Counted from the first letter of the stretch, positions 1 through 13,051 are shown. The stretch: 64,000 bases of DNA from Phoronis australis (GCA_002633005.1 NMRA01000004.1:1497245-1561244); one strand, 5' to 3'. Program-made: numbers and translations. Notes: generated by a model not told the origin, from the sequence alone.

Positions 1-197
1 CCCCCCCTCGGGACAGGATCAAAAGTAAAAACTGGAAAAAATATCGCCAGAAAAACGAAATTAGCTACTAAAAATCCCCAAAAATCTTACACGGGAGGAG
101 GGAAACCCTCTCGCGACCTTCCTTCTCCTCGGCGCTACGCGCCACGGATTCTTTCGAATCCTAAACCCCCCTTACTGAAATCTTAGATCTGCCATTG
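1..197. mobile_element. Right end of a hAT-type non-autonomous element (CAGTGGCGGATCT-type TIR)
   Basis: Ends CCCCCTTACTGAAATCTTAGATCTGCCATTG, closely matching the right terminus of the element at 35878-37979 (CCCCCTTACTGAAAACGTAGATCCGCCACTG). The left part lies outside the window. Confidence 0.6.
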
Positions 198-1079
198 TTA
201 AGGGCTGGCTTTCAAAAACTGAAACCACTGTACGTGACAAGGTGTGACAGTCAAGATTTGTCAGAGAAATAAAAACGACCTCCTTCGCGAACACGGTAGC
301 CTAGATGAGTGCTTAGTATCCATTTCGAGTGGAAAGTCGGAACTATGAGTTCTGACAATCATACATGTCAACCTATACAGAATGTTTCTGTTTTATACGG
401 ATTTGATTCAAGAAAAAGAGTAAACGGGCGTAAAATAAAGTTACGCAATACGGATTCAATATGTATTTAGAGCCATAATCAATACACACGATGATAAAAG
501 AGCGCATGACATTTACAAACGTGCACCACAAAAAGCATCAGTCTGAGTATGTACTAGGAGCATTCGCTGTTTACATTCGGTTGTTCCTGACTTGGTTCTT
601 GCAATGGAATTTCTCAACTCCGCCGTTTTTTCAACCGAATTGCATACGAATCATATCAATGATGGTGCAAGATTATAACAGAAGCAAAAGACAAATCTTG
701 ATAATTATCATGTCGCATACTCGTCAATTTAAAAAATATTTCTGAAAACCAAGAGTGTTGCCAAAATGCGAAAAATAACAGGATGTAATAGTATCATAAA
801 AGAACGGAACCAGGGAGGTTATCAAAATGACTAGCAGGGAAATAATGCCTATGATTCAAACATAAAGACAATTATTTTAGAAAATAGATCCCTCATATTT
901 GATGTGAAGAATTTAATTAGACATTCATCCAAAATTATGTATTTTTACATAAACTGGACCTTTGGTGCGGAATGATGACGGTGACATTTACCAAAACGTA
1001 ATAAACTAATTACAAAACTCAGAACAAATAGACAAAGTTATTTTGATCACCTGTTGCCAAGTTTTCAGACAGTCAGCAT

Positions 1080-1880
1080 TCGAGAATGTAAAAACGGGAC
1101 AAGTGGATTGAAATGCGGGATTTCGGATAAAAAGTTAGACATCTGGGTCTAAGCCAAAACGCAATCATGGTGAAATGGTCGTCACAACACACAAAAGCGT
1201 CTCGACAGCGTTATTGACATCAAAATACCAAAATGTGCCCAACTGCGTTTTTTGTTTTGTCTTTTAGTCGAATGGGAAATTTTGTGTGCTGCGAAATCCA
1301 TGAAACCTTCGTTTTTTCTTTTCAGTCGAAGGAGAAATATTAGCCTATCATAGTTATGTCGCGTGGGAAATTTCAATACTTTATAATAATAATAATAGTC
1401 AATTTCGCCGTGTGTCAGCAAGCCGGGTATTTGAATGATGTGGCGGCTACAAAAAGTTGGACGATCTGCCAAGAGAGGGCAGTAGGCAAGTACAATGTAC
1501 GTTGTCAGCTACAAAAAGTTGGACGATCCGCCAAGAGAAGGCAATAAGCAAGTACAATGTGCGTTGTCAGCTACAAAAAGTTGGACAGCCCGCCAAAAGA
1601 GGGCAATAGGCAAGTACAATGTACGTTGTCAGCTACAAAAAGTTGGACAGCCCTCCAAAAGAGGGCAATAGGCAAGTACAATGTGCGCTGTCAGCTACAC
1701 AAAATTTTGGATTGGATTCTTGTACAAGGCAAAATTTACATTTTTCAAAATTTTATTTCACGGGTATAAAATGCTACATATATCAGAAATCGGATTAACA
1801 AAATACGGCATCTGGACAAGAGGTAAACATTGCATAAATTATTACAGAAACAATTGCAGATACAGACACACACACACTTA
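1080..1880 (+). repeat. Diverged duplicate of the sequence 3' of TRPV copy 1 (about 10578-11085)
   Basis: Collinear blocks: AAAAACGGGACAAGTGGATTGAAA / AAAAACGGGACAACTGGATTGAAA, CGGATAAAAAGT, GCGTGGGAAATT, GGCAAGTACAATGTAC, TTTTATTTCACGG, then a CA-repeat. Confidence 0.8.
1446..1700 (+). repeat. 62-bp minisatellite, about 4.1 copies
   Basis: Unit GCTACAAAAAGTTGGAC...GGCAAGTACAATGT(A/G)CGTTGTCA starts at 1446, 1508, 1570, 1632 and 1694 (exact 62-bp period). Confidence 0.95.
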
Positions 1881-2739
1881 AGAACGCAATATTGCGAGTC
1901 ATTCTTTGAAAGTTACTTAATATACACATGTTAGTAGGACTTTAACTTTTCATTTGAATTGCAGAAAACTATTCAGTTTACATGTTAAATAAAATACGGT
2001 AAAATAATGCTTATATCAAAAATATCTTGTTGCAAATCTTCTGACAGGTAGTTTGATAGTCTGTTGAATGTGGAGCTGAAAAGATAACAGAAGCCAAACT
2101 ATCCCCGGCGAAAAAGAATGACCATTGTACTTGTCGGGTTTGTTGGTTGATTTTGTTTACAAGCGAACCTCAAGAGTCTCGTTTGATGAACACAAAAATG
2201 ACAAAATGAAAACGAAGCAATGGTATTCATTAGGCTTGATTTGATTACTACAACACTCGATCAAAACTCGTAGTGGGATCTCGCAATACTAATTCTCGCT
2301 GCTAGTCTCGTGGTCGCAAGCTCTAATAACAGAATACAGGACAGATACGAGCACAAATATACTATTCTCTATTCTTCTATAGTAATAATTCATGTTTTAC
2401 TTTTTGTAATTTGTACACCTATAATGTAAAATAATAATAAATTAATTTTGAAATTATCATGTACTGAAGTGTATATTAAAAGTCAATTTTGACATTATTA
2501 TACATAATGGTTAATCGTGCTTTAACAAGCTGATTCATTGTTACAAATTAGTCAAATAATGTATTGCTATAGGACTCGGTGATATGACAGGGCAATTTTG
2601 AAAGAGCTGGGGACCGTCAGTGTCGATACGTACATGTATAAGAAAGAAAATCGCCTAATGATGACATGGAAAGTTTCGACATGAATTTTGTATGCGTTAA
2701 AGTAGGATTTGCATTTTAAGGAGTGCTCCTTACTCAAGA

Positions 2740-3800
2740 CACATACTGGAAATTGTAAACCATGTTACTCATCCACATAAATATGTCCCAAATATTTCCA
2801 TAGCTGGACAAATTTCAATCTCCAAAGAGACAATGGAAGACATCGCCAAGTAACAAAGCGTAAGGTACCATCAATTTTTGATAAGATGGGACAACCTTCC
2901 CAAAATTTGTCAGCATCATATTATATGATCTTGCGTAAAAAATAAAATTCAGTTTAATGGTTGAAGCTTTTGCTGTCATGCCAAAACAATTTTTTATGAT
3001 CAATATATTATTACCTAATCTCACTATTATATGTTTCATATCTTCAAATGTCTGTACTCTCGACGTTCCTAAGTGATATTAAGTTTCGTCTTGTTAGCAT
3101 TATATAATGTTACCTGGTTGTCAGATGATGTGATCAGTTAACTTGTTTATTTTGTTACTTACATACTGTTATAAATACTACAAATTAAACATCACTGTTA
3201 ATCAGTGAATTTTATTATTTGTTTTCTTGAGGTTCACTGCCATGGCAGAGGCAGGGTCAGCAACACATCCCTCTCGGACAATATCTGGGTTATTTAATAA
3301 ACTAAAAACTGTTTATTTCTCTCGGTGTCTGGGGCAGAGCTTGCACCCGCACTAGTTTAGAAGGGTCAATTAAACGTCATTTTGCACATCATTTACCACT
3401 TATTGACATGCAATGGTGTTCTCGCCAACTGCGACCTTCTTTTTCAGTAAGGTATGTAACAGTCATGAATTCAATTTTCTGTACCAAATCAATGATTGGT
3501 AATGCTTATCACTGCCACAGTCCCGGTCTGCATAAAGATGCTCCAAAACAAACCGACATTACGACGGTCCTGGACAGAAATCTTCTTTGTTTTGGAGGTA
3601 GGAGAACGCGTTGTAGGGCTGAGGCTAAGAATCATGTCGGGAATTATCGCACCTAGTGACACTTTTCAAATTTATTCAACTTTTTGCCGACGGAGTTGCA
3701 GCTCAAAGTAGGGCAATAAGATTTTGCTGGCATAGCAAGGTCAAATACAATTAAGGGAGTTGAGAAAGGCTTGAAAAATCAAGGTGCCAATAAATAACGT
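2740..3800 (-). pseudogene. Possible heavily decayed third TRPV-like paralogue
   Basis: Minus-strand peptides occur in the same order as in the intact copies: SKILLP (about 3725; intact KKILLP), LFWSIF (about 3551, same frame 58 codons later; intact LFWTLF 63 codons later), LLGDVF (about 2850; intact FLGDTF), WDIFMWMSNMV (about 2790; intact WYSSFLIMLNMI). Interrupted by stops and inserts. Lies next to the duplicated 3' flank. Confidence 0.35.
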
Positions 3801-5585
3801 TTAAAATTCCAGAGAACTGCTTGATGTATGTTACAGCATTGTTGGTACATACGGCGAGATTCAAATGTCGCTGTTTAATCCGATATCGAAGTGCGGTGGG
3901 CAATTCTCCTCAGTACGTCACAACAATTAACAATTAACACTCGACAGCGTGTACCTAACGTGTTGTATGATTACTTGCGGCACTGAAGCTCAATGCAACA
4001 TTACCATTTCACAAAAATGTGGGCACACAATATTTCAAGCGACATCACAAAAATCTATCTTTACCACGAAACACAGGCCGGACATAAGAAACAATGAAAT
4101 TGTAATGCAATGTCATCGGTAAAAAAATCCGAATTCCAACTCCATGTGTATGACGTCTCGAATGTGCCTTTAATTTAGGTTAAACTTATCTAAAATTCAT
4201 TTTGAGCATTTGCGAGATGTACTTTCCATTTTACTATGTGATAAAAATCGCACATAATTTCGTCCTTACCATTAAAGGATAATACGTAAAAAGAACTCAG
4301 AATTACGGCATGCGAAATAGCGTCATAAATAATTCACTTAGTTATTAACATCATAAAAAAGTATCATTTACCCGACTATTTTATCATAAATTTGTTCCGC
4401 TATCTTGATTTGTATCACTTTTGAAAGATTTATAATTAGAATTAGGGCACTGTTAATTTCTCTGCCAACAGCAAATATTAGCATGTAAAGATAATAACAG
4501 GAAAGATAAATATGATCTTCCGATCGGCGGCAACGCAATTACCCGAGGGCTCTTAGGGACATCTTAAATCACCTTACCAGTGAGGACGCGTTCTCAGTGT
4601 ACTTTTTGAGTAAAAAATAACCAAGGGTTCTTTTTTAAAACATATGCAAGGAAATTCATTTCAGGCATAGAACCTTATGTCGTGGTCAAAAGTCATGAGA
4701 AAATACAATTGGGTCATAATTTTAAAGACTATAACCAAAGGGCAGGGAAAGTTCGAAAAGAACCCCCGGCCTCCTCCTTGGTTGAAATCTGGTTGCATAT
4801 TACGAATCTCGATATAATAAAACAATAGTTACCATCACGTACTCTGTACAAGTTGTAAAATCCTGGTTAAATGACTTGGCACAGATAAGTAGCAATAACA
4901 AGTATACGATGTTTCGTGTATTCTGTACGGACTTTTAAAATGCAAAAACGAACACCACAACGATTAGTAAATCAATAAGATTCCATATAAGGAAACGAAT
5001 ACAGTCAAGAAATTGACAGCATTTTAGATTCCATGAAGCTGACTGCGTCATGTGGTTCCTTTTTATTTGGATTTTCCAACGAGAATCAGGAAAATGACCG
5101 GAACATCGCCGAAAACGCTACCATTAAAAAACGCTAACAACAGCATGAGCGCTCAATTGATAAAATTGACAGTCTGTAAAATTTTAAGTTTCTATTGGAA
5201 AAGAAATTAGAAACAAAAGTTTGGAGCCTGTTTAGGGATAACCACCCTATATTACCGTCGTTTCATCCTGAAAATGCCAACGGTTCTATGACCCTCTCTA
5301 CGAATTTAATATTCAAGACGGGAATACTTGGTGATGGAGGAAGACTTTTGAAACATCCTTAATTCTAGAAATTAGATGCGTGCTATCGCACTCACAACAG
5401 GATGGATCGCCTTCACTTCTCGGAGGATCACCAAGACCGAAAATAGATATTTCCAGAAAGACAAGAAAGCATTGGGTAGGTATATATGTGGCGGAAGGGC
5501 TCTTGCCTATTAGCGGGAGTCACTATTCATATTCTGATATCCGTTGTGATGTCTACTTGAAGCTATTTGTTGGCTAGTCATTGCC

Positions 5586-5648
5586 TAACCTGGTTCCCGG
5601 GCCTCACAAGCTGACGTCACGAATCTCGAGGGTCTGTGCAGGAGACTA
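5586..5648. mobile_element. Tiny Academ(H)-like MITE with 9-bp target duplication
   Basis: TAACCTGGTTCCCGGGCCTC...GAGGGTCTGTGCAGGAGACTA flanked by GTCATTGCC (5577-5585) and GTCATTGAC (5649-5657). TA...TA termini and a 9-bp TSD fit AcademH. Confidence 0.45.
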
Positions 5649-5809
5649 GTCATTGACAGGTACATGTAAATGTTCAAGCGGGTTTTCTGGAGACCTCGTG
5701 TTTTGAGTGAGTCTTTGATCGGAGTTTGTGAAGTGTGGCTGTATCCTTGGTAAAGTACAATGTATGATTGAAATGAAGTCGCTGGTCTTATTTATTTGTG
5801 AAACACGAA

Positions 5810-6065
5810 CCCCTGACATATATTTGGGTGTACACTTCTATGCATATTGCATATGTGTTTGGGCGTGTCTTTATATATTTGACAGATCACAAACCGCTGC
5901 TGAGCCTGTTATACGCTCACATGACATTACCGTCACAGTGGCAGCTGCTTGAACCCAGCGCTACACCGCAATCTTGTCCGATCACATACAGTATAACGAT
6001 ATGGAATCCCGCTCTGTACGCACGACTATGGCAATGCCGATGATATCAGCTGACTTCCGCTGAGA
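5810..6065 (+). mobile_element. Ty3/Gypsy LTR-retrotransposon pol fragment (RNase H), degenerate
   Basis: YVFGRVFIYLTDHKPLLSLL followed, across frameshifts and stops, by VAAA*TQRY and YGNADDIS*LP. These match the Gypsy RNase H motifs GRxFxxxTDHKPL, AARxQRW and NADxLSRLP. Confidence 0.8.
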
Positions 6066-9045
6066 TGAGCGGCCAGAGAACACACGTCGATGGACTGATC
6101 ACCCTTCACTCTTTCGAAAACTGTATGCTAAGAATGAAACGTTTCTAGTTATTCCACATCACAAGGTCTGCAGATGAGCACAGAAAGTGTATTCTCTCTT
6201 GTATTTTTGACCCTTTTACTCCTACTGAAAAGCAAGGTAGGCTATGGGGAAATACACAAAACAAGCACTTTCGCTCCAAAACAACCACTCCCATGCCGAA
6301 GCACGACATGAGTCAACATGACATTCTGAAATCAAATTTCCTACGAATTCCGAAAATGTGGTCCAAAAGTACTGTTAACCAACTAGCTTTTTGTAATTCT
6401 GGCTTGTTTGAGGGCTACCTGAAATTGCAGTATTTCATATTCACATCGCCGCTATATGTTGTTTTTCTAACTTGACCAAGCAATCAAAGAGATAATGAAT
6501 TAGCGTGCAACTCAAACTTTATGTTCTACTGTCATCATTATCGAATATTTTGTTTAGTATAATAGTTATTTTCTACACCATGGCCTTGACAGTTATCTTT
6601 TAATGCATTGCGGCGTAGATCTCTAGTTGTGTCTTCCCAGAATGCATTGTAGTCGAGTATTCCACGTGGACATTAGCAACCGAGGTGCCGCAAGAGTGTG
6701 ACAAAGTGTACAGACTAATTGGTGAGGGTTTGAGCGTAGTTCTTCAATCAGCCTTATGTCTTTATGAACACAGATGCTTCGATGTCGGTACAAAAATTAG
6801 TGTGGAGTTTTGAAAAATGAGTATCAATTAGAGCTCATTATGGATTGTTTCTATCAAGTTGAACGTAAAGCCTTACAAAACTATAATGGGAAAGTAGAGG
6901 ATTCTGCAAGATCGAACGAACAGTTGTCAGGGAAAGTGGAGTTAATGAATGTTATATTTTTGTCACACAAGCAACAAAAAGTTGACCATATCGTTCTGAT
7001 ATATTTAAATTGCACTTGAAGATGATAAATACGGAATATATCGCAACTATATTTTTCGTAAGAGTTTATAGCACTTTTGACATACTGATCATAGTGACAC
7101 CTGATCAGTCGCTCTCTCAACCACCGTGATGTTGATGTCAGACAATCTTGAAAGGCTGGTCGACTGCAGTTATGAACAGACGAACTCCAACCAACCCCTC
7201 CCCTCCAGCAACGAAGTGTCTAAAACTTTCACCACAGCTAGTGCCTGCAAGGTTTTCCCTCAAAGGCGACTGCTTGTCACGTATTAGCCTCGTTCCAGCC
7301 TCCAGCTAGTCGGCTTCCTTTAAGTCGAAAATACTGTCAATATTCTGACTGTTTGATTACCTTATTGCGCTTGGTTAGGGAAAATCAAATGTGGCAGAAT
7401 TCTGGCACATTTATTCGGAAATCGCCGAAATATCACGAGTAATATACAATTATATCAACTTTGAAATTTTCTGCAGCATAATACAAAAATGAAAACTAGC
7501 GGTATATTGCAGCAAATTAGGTCTGAATTTTCGCAAAAAAGGATGTATTTTGATTTGAAAACAGATTAATTTCTATGATAATACTGAGAAAAAGAATTGA
7601 AAATAAGTACGCGAACAACCTTTATTTCGAACAATAAGCAAAACAATGCCTTCTGCTTCATGAATGGCAGTAACAACGCCTGTGAAAATAATTCAGATCT
7701 GACTTTGTTTTAATGACGTTAAGGCAGCCGCCAATCATTGGGCAGAAGGTATTTCCCCTAAGCAAGCCTCAAATGGCTAAGCAGGTGTGTAATGATACCT
7801 ATGACGATAGAGAAAAGTTGTTCATGTGACCTACTTTCTAGTCTTGACAAATCTAAACCTTTGTCCAAGATCAACATTAAAAAGGCAAATCGCGATGTTT
7901 TTCGTCAAAGATTGATATGCAAACCCAATAATCATAGAGTTTACACAAAGTGCCTAGAAATTATTTTTTGCCTGTAGCAAAATATCATTACATCGGAATT
8001 TGGAACTCGGTTTTTACGAGCTGGTAACCGCCATGGCATCCTCGTTTGTGGGATAGGCCTACGAATTCCGTCTCATCTCAGGAAAACGGAGCTGAGAGTC
8101 CTCGTCGTGTATTCAGATTTCCCTTCCGCCGAGTTTAGCTGCATAAGGGAGCTACAGAAAAGTCTACAGTGCCAGCGTTTGCGAAGTATAATCAAAAGGT
8201 CCACCGTTTTAGAAATTCGAACCACCCCCCACACAATGCTGTCTACGGGCCTGATATTACACCTTGTCGCTTTATGAAACTTTTTGAACATACAGCTAAA
8301 GAGTTTATGTTAATGACCGAGCAAAAACGTCTTGCCTTAACTTTACATTTTAATGAAAAAAATGTCCGCAAAATTGTCTGTTTTGGAAATGATGAGCGTA
8401 TTAGTTTACAGATCATTTGAACGAAAATTTGAACACGAATTCTGCATTAAATTGTTACGAAGATCAAGTCTAAGCTTTAATTCAAATGAAAACAAGTTGT
8501 TTTCTAGATGTATTGCACGGTCAGTATCAAAACTGAATCCGATGACCTCTGCCCAGTGAGTCAGTTGACATTAGGTTTGAGGATATGTCACTCACTTATT
8601 TTCTTCCACTATCAGGTTAATTTAAACAGCCTTTAAATTTTCTAAATGGAAATAAATGTTTTTGAAGCTTAAACTCGTAAAAATTGTTATATGTAAAAGA
8701 CTGGTCGAGGGTATCATATGCTTAAAGACAAAATGGCGAACGAAGGTGCTTCCTGTTCGTTTAGAGAGCTTTCAACAAAAAAGTGCAATCACGAAAGCTT
8801 TGTGACTTTAGCCAGTCATGCTAAAGACACTTCAGAACATCTGAAATGCTGTAAAGTACATCATAAATCAAAGCCAGTACCAGAAGATGAGCTCCTACAA
8901 GCCAGAGTTGGTAAATCTGTGACTGATCAGGACTAGTCGTCGTGGAGTCAAATATTGCGATGTTCTCCGAAGAGAATTTGAAACCAGTTTTCACCCAAGA
9001 AGACAGTGCCTGTACCCTTAACACATGAAATGACAGCAGTTAGTT

Positions 9046-9272
9046 CAGTGGTGTAGCGAGCACCTCCTTGCCCCCTCCCTCCCTCCCCCCCCGTCGACAC
9101 CTCAAGTGGCACCCNCCGTCGGCACCTCAAGTGGCACCCCCACCCATCTCGGTCGGTAGCTGTCAACCCCCAGTTAACAGATACCTTGTGTCCCCCCTAA
9201 GACAACATCCGTTTGGCACCTCCCTCGGCAGGCACTTTGGGGCACCTGACACCTCCCCTTGCTACGCCACCG
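9046..9272. mobile_element. GC-rich hAT-like MITE
   Basis: Imperfect TIRs CAGTGGTGTAGCGAG / CTTGCTACGCCACCG and internal GGCACC repeats. No TSD found. Contains N at 9115. Confidence 0.55.
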
Positions 9273-11176
9273 GAGGCACTGAGTCACTCGGTATATTTGA
9301 AGTCCAGACCGTTACTTGTTTTGAACTTTGTTGACCTAATGTCTGTCATTACAATGAGTTTTGACTGAGATGACAATTTTTTGCACTGAACAGAGGACCA
9401 TAGCCCCTTGGGTTCCCCCTTCGTATGTTGGTGACGTTCACAACGAAGATAAAAAAAAAAACAAATCAAGGCAGATTCGGCTTCTAGTCGCGTCACAGTT
9501 CCCATGGAAGTTAATAGCGACGCCATCTACCATGCATAAATACGAAGCACGCATGCCATGCATAATTCATTTACATAGCTTTTTATAATAAGCAATAATC
9601 ATCAATGTGATTTTCAGGGAATGATAAATAATTAGTAATGTTGTCTTCTTTTGCTCTAAGATACAAGCTATTTACGTGGTGTTTTTGAAAGTTAATTACA
9701 TGTTCCAAAATGCTCTATTGGTGGCTGAGTCAACTGAGAATACTAGGCAAATAGGACAAAGTGCAGTTCGTGTAATGCTTCGTAAGCATAAACTATGGGA
9801 GAAGAAAGATTTCTTCATTTTTTATTATGAACTGGTTAGGAATGACTGAACAAATTATTGTAAGGTCAGTTTTTGAAAAGGTGCAATATTGCTGCTACAG
9901 AGTGCCAAATTTGGCCAAAAATGGCTTCAGTGAAACCTTCCATTTTTGCCACACAAAATCAAAGAATACAAACTTGAAAATAAAATTTTGAAAGTAGTGT
10001 CATTTAATTATTCAATCATAGTCCTTTCAAACAGTATGTCTCATTTGTTATCAGCTTATTATGCATGATGTGGATTAACCTTTGACCTCAGTCCTGTTTT
10101 TGTATTTGTCTTCTCCGCGAATACAGCGTGCTTAGTATTTGTTGACCTCAATGGCTGTGTTGTTTTATTCATCTCTCACATGATAGTAAAATCCATTCAA
10201 ATATGTTTACTTCAGCGCCCAATTTTGTGCAAAATGGAGGTAAAGGTCTTAAAAAGAGAAGTAATTTAGGAAAATTCTTAAAAAGCGAGATTTTTTTTTA
10301 AATCTCACCAAACCAAATTCATGTGATAAGTCTCTAATATCTGTGATTTTGGAATAGACTCTACCTGTTGGCTTTCATGCGGAGTCACTCTTAATAAGTT
10401 GAAGTGTAGGAATTTCCACAGTAGTTAACAAATAAGCTCATATTTTTCAGAAAGTAAAAATTAGTGATCTTGATACCTGAAGCGTGTTTAACCGTAAACA
10501 GCATATTTTTACGGTGGCCTTTGGCAAATAACAATAATCATGTTATTTGGAGTACTTGTTGCATAGTTGTTAATATTCGACATGAAAAAACGGGACAACT
10601 GGATTGAAAAGCGGAACTTACGGATAAAAAGTGGGACATCTACGTTCATGCAAAACGCTAGCCAAGGGTGAAATGTTCGCTGCAACAGACAAAAACGTCC
10701 CGGGTTTTTTGTCGAACGTCGACGACGTTTTGGTGTTTTTTGTTTTCGGTCGAATGCGAAATAGTATGTGCCTAAATATGAAACGCCCCCTATCTTCATT
10801 TTAGTCGAACGAGAAAATAGGGCTATGCTGCGTGGGAAATTACAATTGTATATGATATGTCAATGTCGCTGTGTGTCAAAAAGGGGTACATTTTGATGGT
10901 GTGGCGGGATGCTGGGAAAATTTCAAAAAATATATGAGAGAGTCCGCCAAAAGCGGGACACTTGGCAAGTACAATGTACATTGTCAGTAACACAAAGTAT
11001 TTGGACAGATTTTTTACAAGGCAAAAAATTTTATTTCACGGTTATAGGTACATGTACAATGTAATACACACACACGCACACACACGCGTGTTACTAATTG
11101 CAATATCAGCTAGTAAGTCAAGATTACTAATAGATATTCTAACTATAGTAAACTCCTTGCTTCAATCACCCATAAG

Positions 11177-13051
11177 CTACTCCATGGCTGGTTTTTGTAT
11201 GCTGGGGCACAATATGTATAGCCTCCCATTATTAGCTATCAAATTCTTGTGAAATATCAACTTAAGCAATGCATTCGGCAAAATCAATCTTAGTCGTTTC
11301 TCTAAGTTCAGACTGAACTCCAAATAATGCATTGACCATACGAAGCGTTTGTGACTTTCCACTAATGACATCACTCCACACATTTTTGCCACCATAAAAT
11401 TAAGGATCGAAATCGACAGAAAAAATATATACGTAAAATGAGTGAACAGCACTATGTCCCTTATAGATGGTAACTGCTCGGTTATACCTTTCATGTCTAT
11501 CATGTTTAACATGATCAGAAAGGAACTATACCATGTGGTAGAAGGGTTCGCAAAATTTGATGAAGCGAAGGTATCGCCGAGAAAGGTCCAAAGTAGCAAC
11601 ATGTAAATGGATATTGTTATGCATACAAAAAATATATCTGTTATCAACTGCTTAACTACAAAAGTAGAAACAATCATTAAAAAACCTGACAGTGGTAGAT
11701 AAATTAAGCACGACAGTGACACGCCAAACTGTATAGTAAGTATTGACATTGCAAAGGCGACCAAGTTGCCACAACATAGCGGGTAGAAGAGAGCTAGGGC
11801 ATAGGAAATGAAGGTGGTTGTGACGTGGACGCTGTCCAAACCGCGAAAAACATGAGTAGCCAGGATATAACTTCCGGTGGGTGAGGAGCGCAGGAGTGGA
11901 GTCTTAAAACTGTAGCGAAGCCAATAATATGCGGAAACACCGTCACGAAACAATGTCCAAAATAATTGAAACGTAGCAAAGGTTATTTCAGTTGCTAAAG
12001 CACATAATTCAAACATTGTCCATTCTATTGTCAACAACGTGTTAAACTTCTGATGGTTTTGGGTGTCATTTGATTCAGTTAGAACGTTGGCTACTTCCTT
12101 AAAGTTATTTGTCTCGTGTCCTTGGCACGATGTAACTAACGGTAACAGAATTTTCTTATGACATGAGCAGCAAACATACACAAACAGTAAAGTGTATAAG
12201 AAAGAAAATGCAGCCATTATCCATCGAATGTATCGTGTTTGTTTATTAATGAGTTTCGACCACTGAATTATCGGCATACACGATGCTATCTGTTCCTCGT
12301 TTGAAGATCCCAGGTGAGTGAACTTCAAGAACAACAAAAGTTCCAACGGGTTGGGTGCTTGTTGTCGTCTTGGATATTCCACGTACTCAGTGATGTCGTA
12401 CATGTATTCTTTTCCTATGCCTGTGGAACTCGAGATGAGATGTCTGTAGACATTGTCCGTGTTAAATATGTGTCTGACCAAATGCCAACGCCTTAATCGC
12501 GTGGCAAGTTCGAGTGCATTAAGTCCGTTGTTACATCTGCCCCAAATAATCATTTTCAGTCTTTCGAGGCTTTTCTCCGTTGCCAAATGAACCCTCACCG
12601 TTTCGAAAATATCACAGAAAGCCTGCTCCTTTTCCCGAAATGCGAAAGCAAATAACACAAGCATGTGTACGAAGTTGTAGCCACACTCGTTGACGGCCAG
12701 GACATTCCCGCCATTTTTAATGAGTAATCGGATGGCCTCGTCACTGCCTGATAACGCCGCACAGGTCAATGGATACGAAATATTTTTCGGAACTATTTTG
12801 CTGAGTAAGCCGTTGGTCTTCCACGGGGATTGAAAAATTCCTTCTGTTAGATAGGCGGCAGTCTCCACAGGTTCATTTATAAGATTTTGTTTTTGATGAT
12901 CGTCAATTCCGTCTAAAAAGTTTTCAATTCCTTCAAGGTTTTCTTTTAGAATTAATTTCAACAGCTCTATACGTTCAGTAAGATCAACAGAGCTTCTTCT
13001 TGATTCATCTAGCGTAGCTATCGACTGGGAGGGAAAGACTTGCCAGGGCAT
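11177..13051 (-). CDS. TRPV5/6-like cation channel (ankyrin repeats + 6TM), single coding exon, copy 1, 624 aa
   Basis: TRPV-type ankyrin motifs YPLTCAALSG...RLLIKNGGNVLAVNECGYNFVHMLV and NNGLNALELA; linker YDITEY...NPLELLL; six hydrophobic segments; pore helix/filter SSFLIMLNMID; S6 ILNFMVAKM; TRP-box-like VWSMHYLEFSLNLEKRL. Confidence 0.85.
   Translation of the reverse strand: MPWQVFPSQSIATLDESRRSSVDLTERIELLKLILKENLEGIENFLDGIDDHQKQNLINEPVETAAYLTEGIFQSPWKTNGLLSKIVPKNISYPLTCAALSGSDEAIRLLIKNGGNVLAVNECGYNFVHMLVLFAFAFREKEQAFCDIFETVRVHLATEKSLERLKMIIWGRCNNGLNALELATRLRRWHLVRHIFNTDNVYRHLISSSTGIGKEYMYDITEYVEYPRRQQAPNPLELLLFLKFTHLGSSNEEQIASCMPIIQWSKLINKQTRYIRWIMAAFSFLYTLLFVYVCCSCHKKILLPLVTSCQGHETNNFKEVANVLTESNDTQNHQKFNTLLTIEWTMFELCALATEITFATFQLFWTLFRDGVSAYYWLRYSFKTPLLRSSPTGSYILATHVFRGLDSVHVTTTFISYALALFYPLCCGNLVAFAMSILTIQFGVSLSCLIYLPLSGFLMIVSTFVVKQLITDIFFVCITISIYMLLLWTFLGDTFASSNFANPSTTWYSSFLIMLNMIDMKGITEQLPSIRDIVLFTHFTYIFFLSISILNFMVAKMCGVMSLVESHKRFVWSMHYLEFSLNLEKRLRLILPNALLKLIFHKNLIANNGRLYILCPSIQKPAME

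Noticed and set aside
1446-1700. Regular repeats resembling a CRISPR array (also 29880-30180 and 51461-52700)
   Set aside because: Head-to-tail units with no unique spacers, no cas genes and a eukaryotic context: these are minisatellites.
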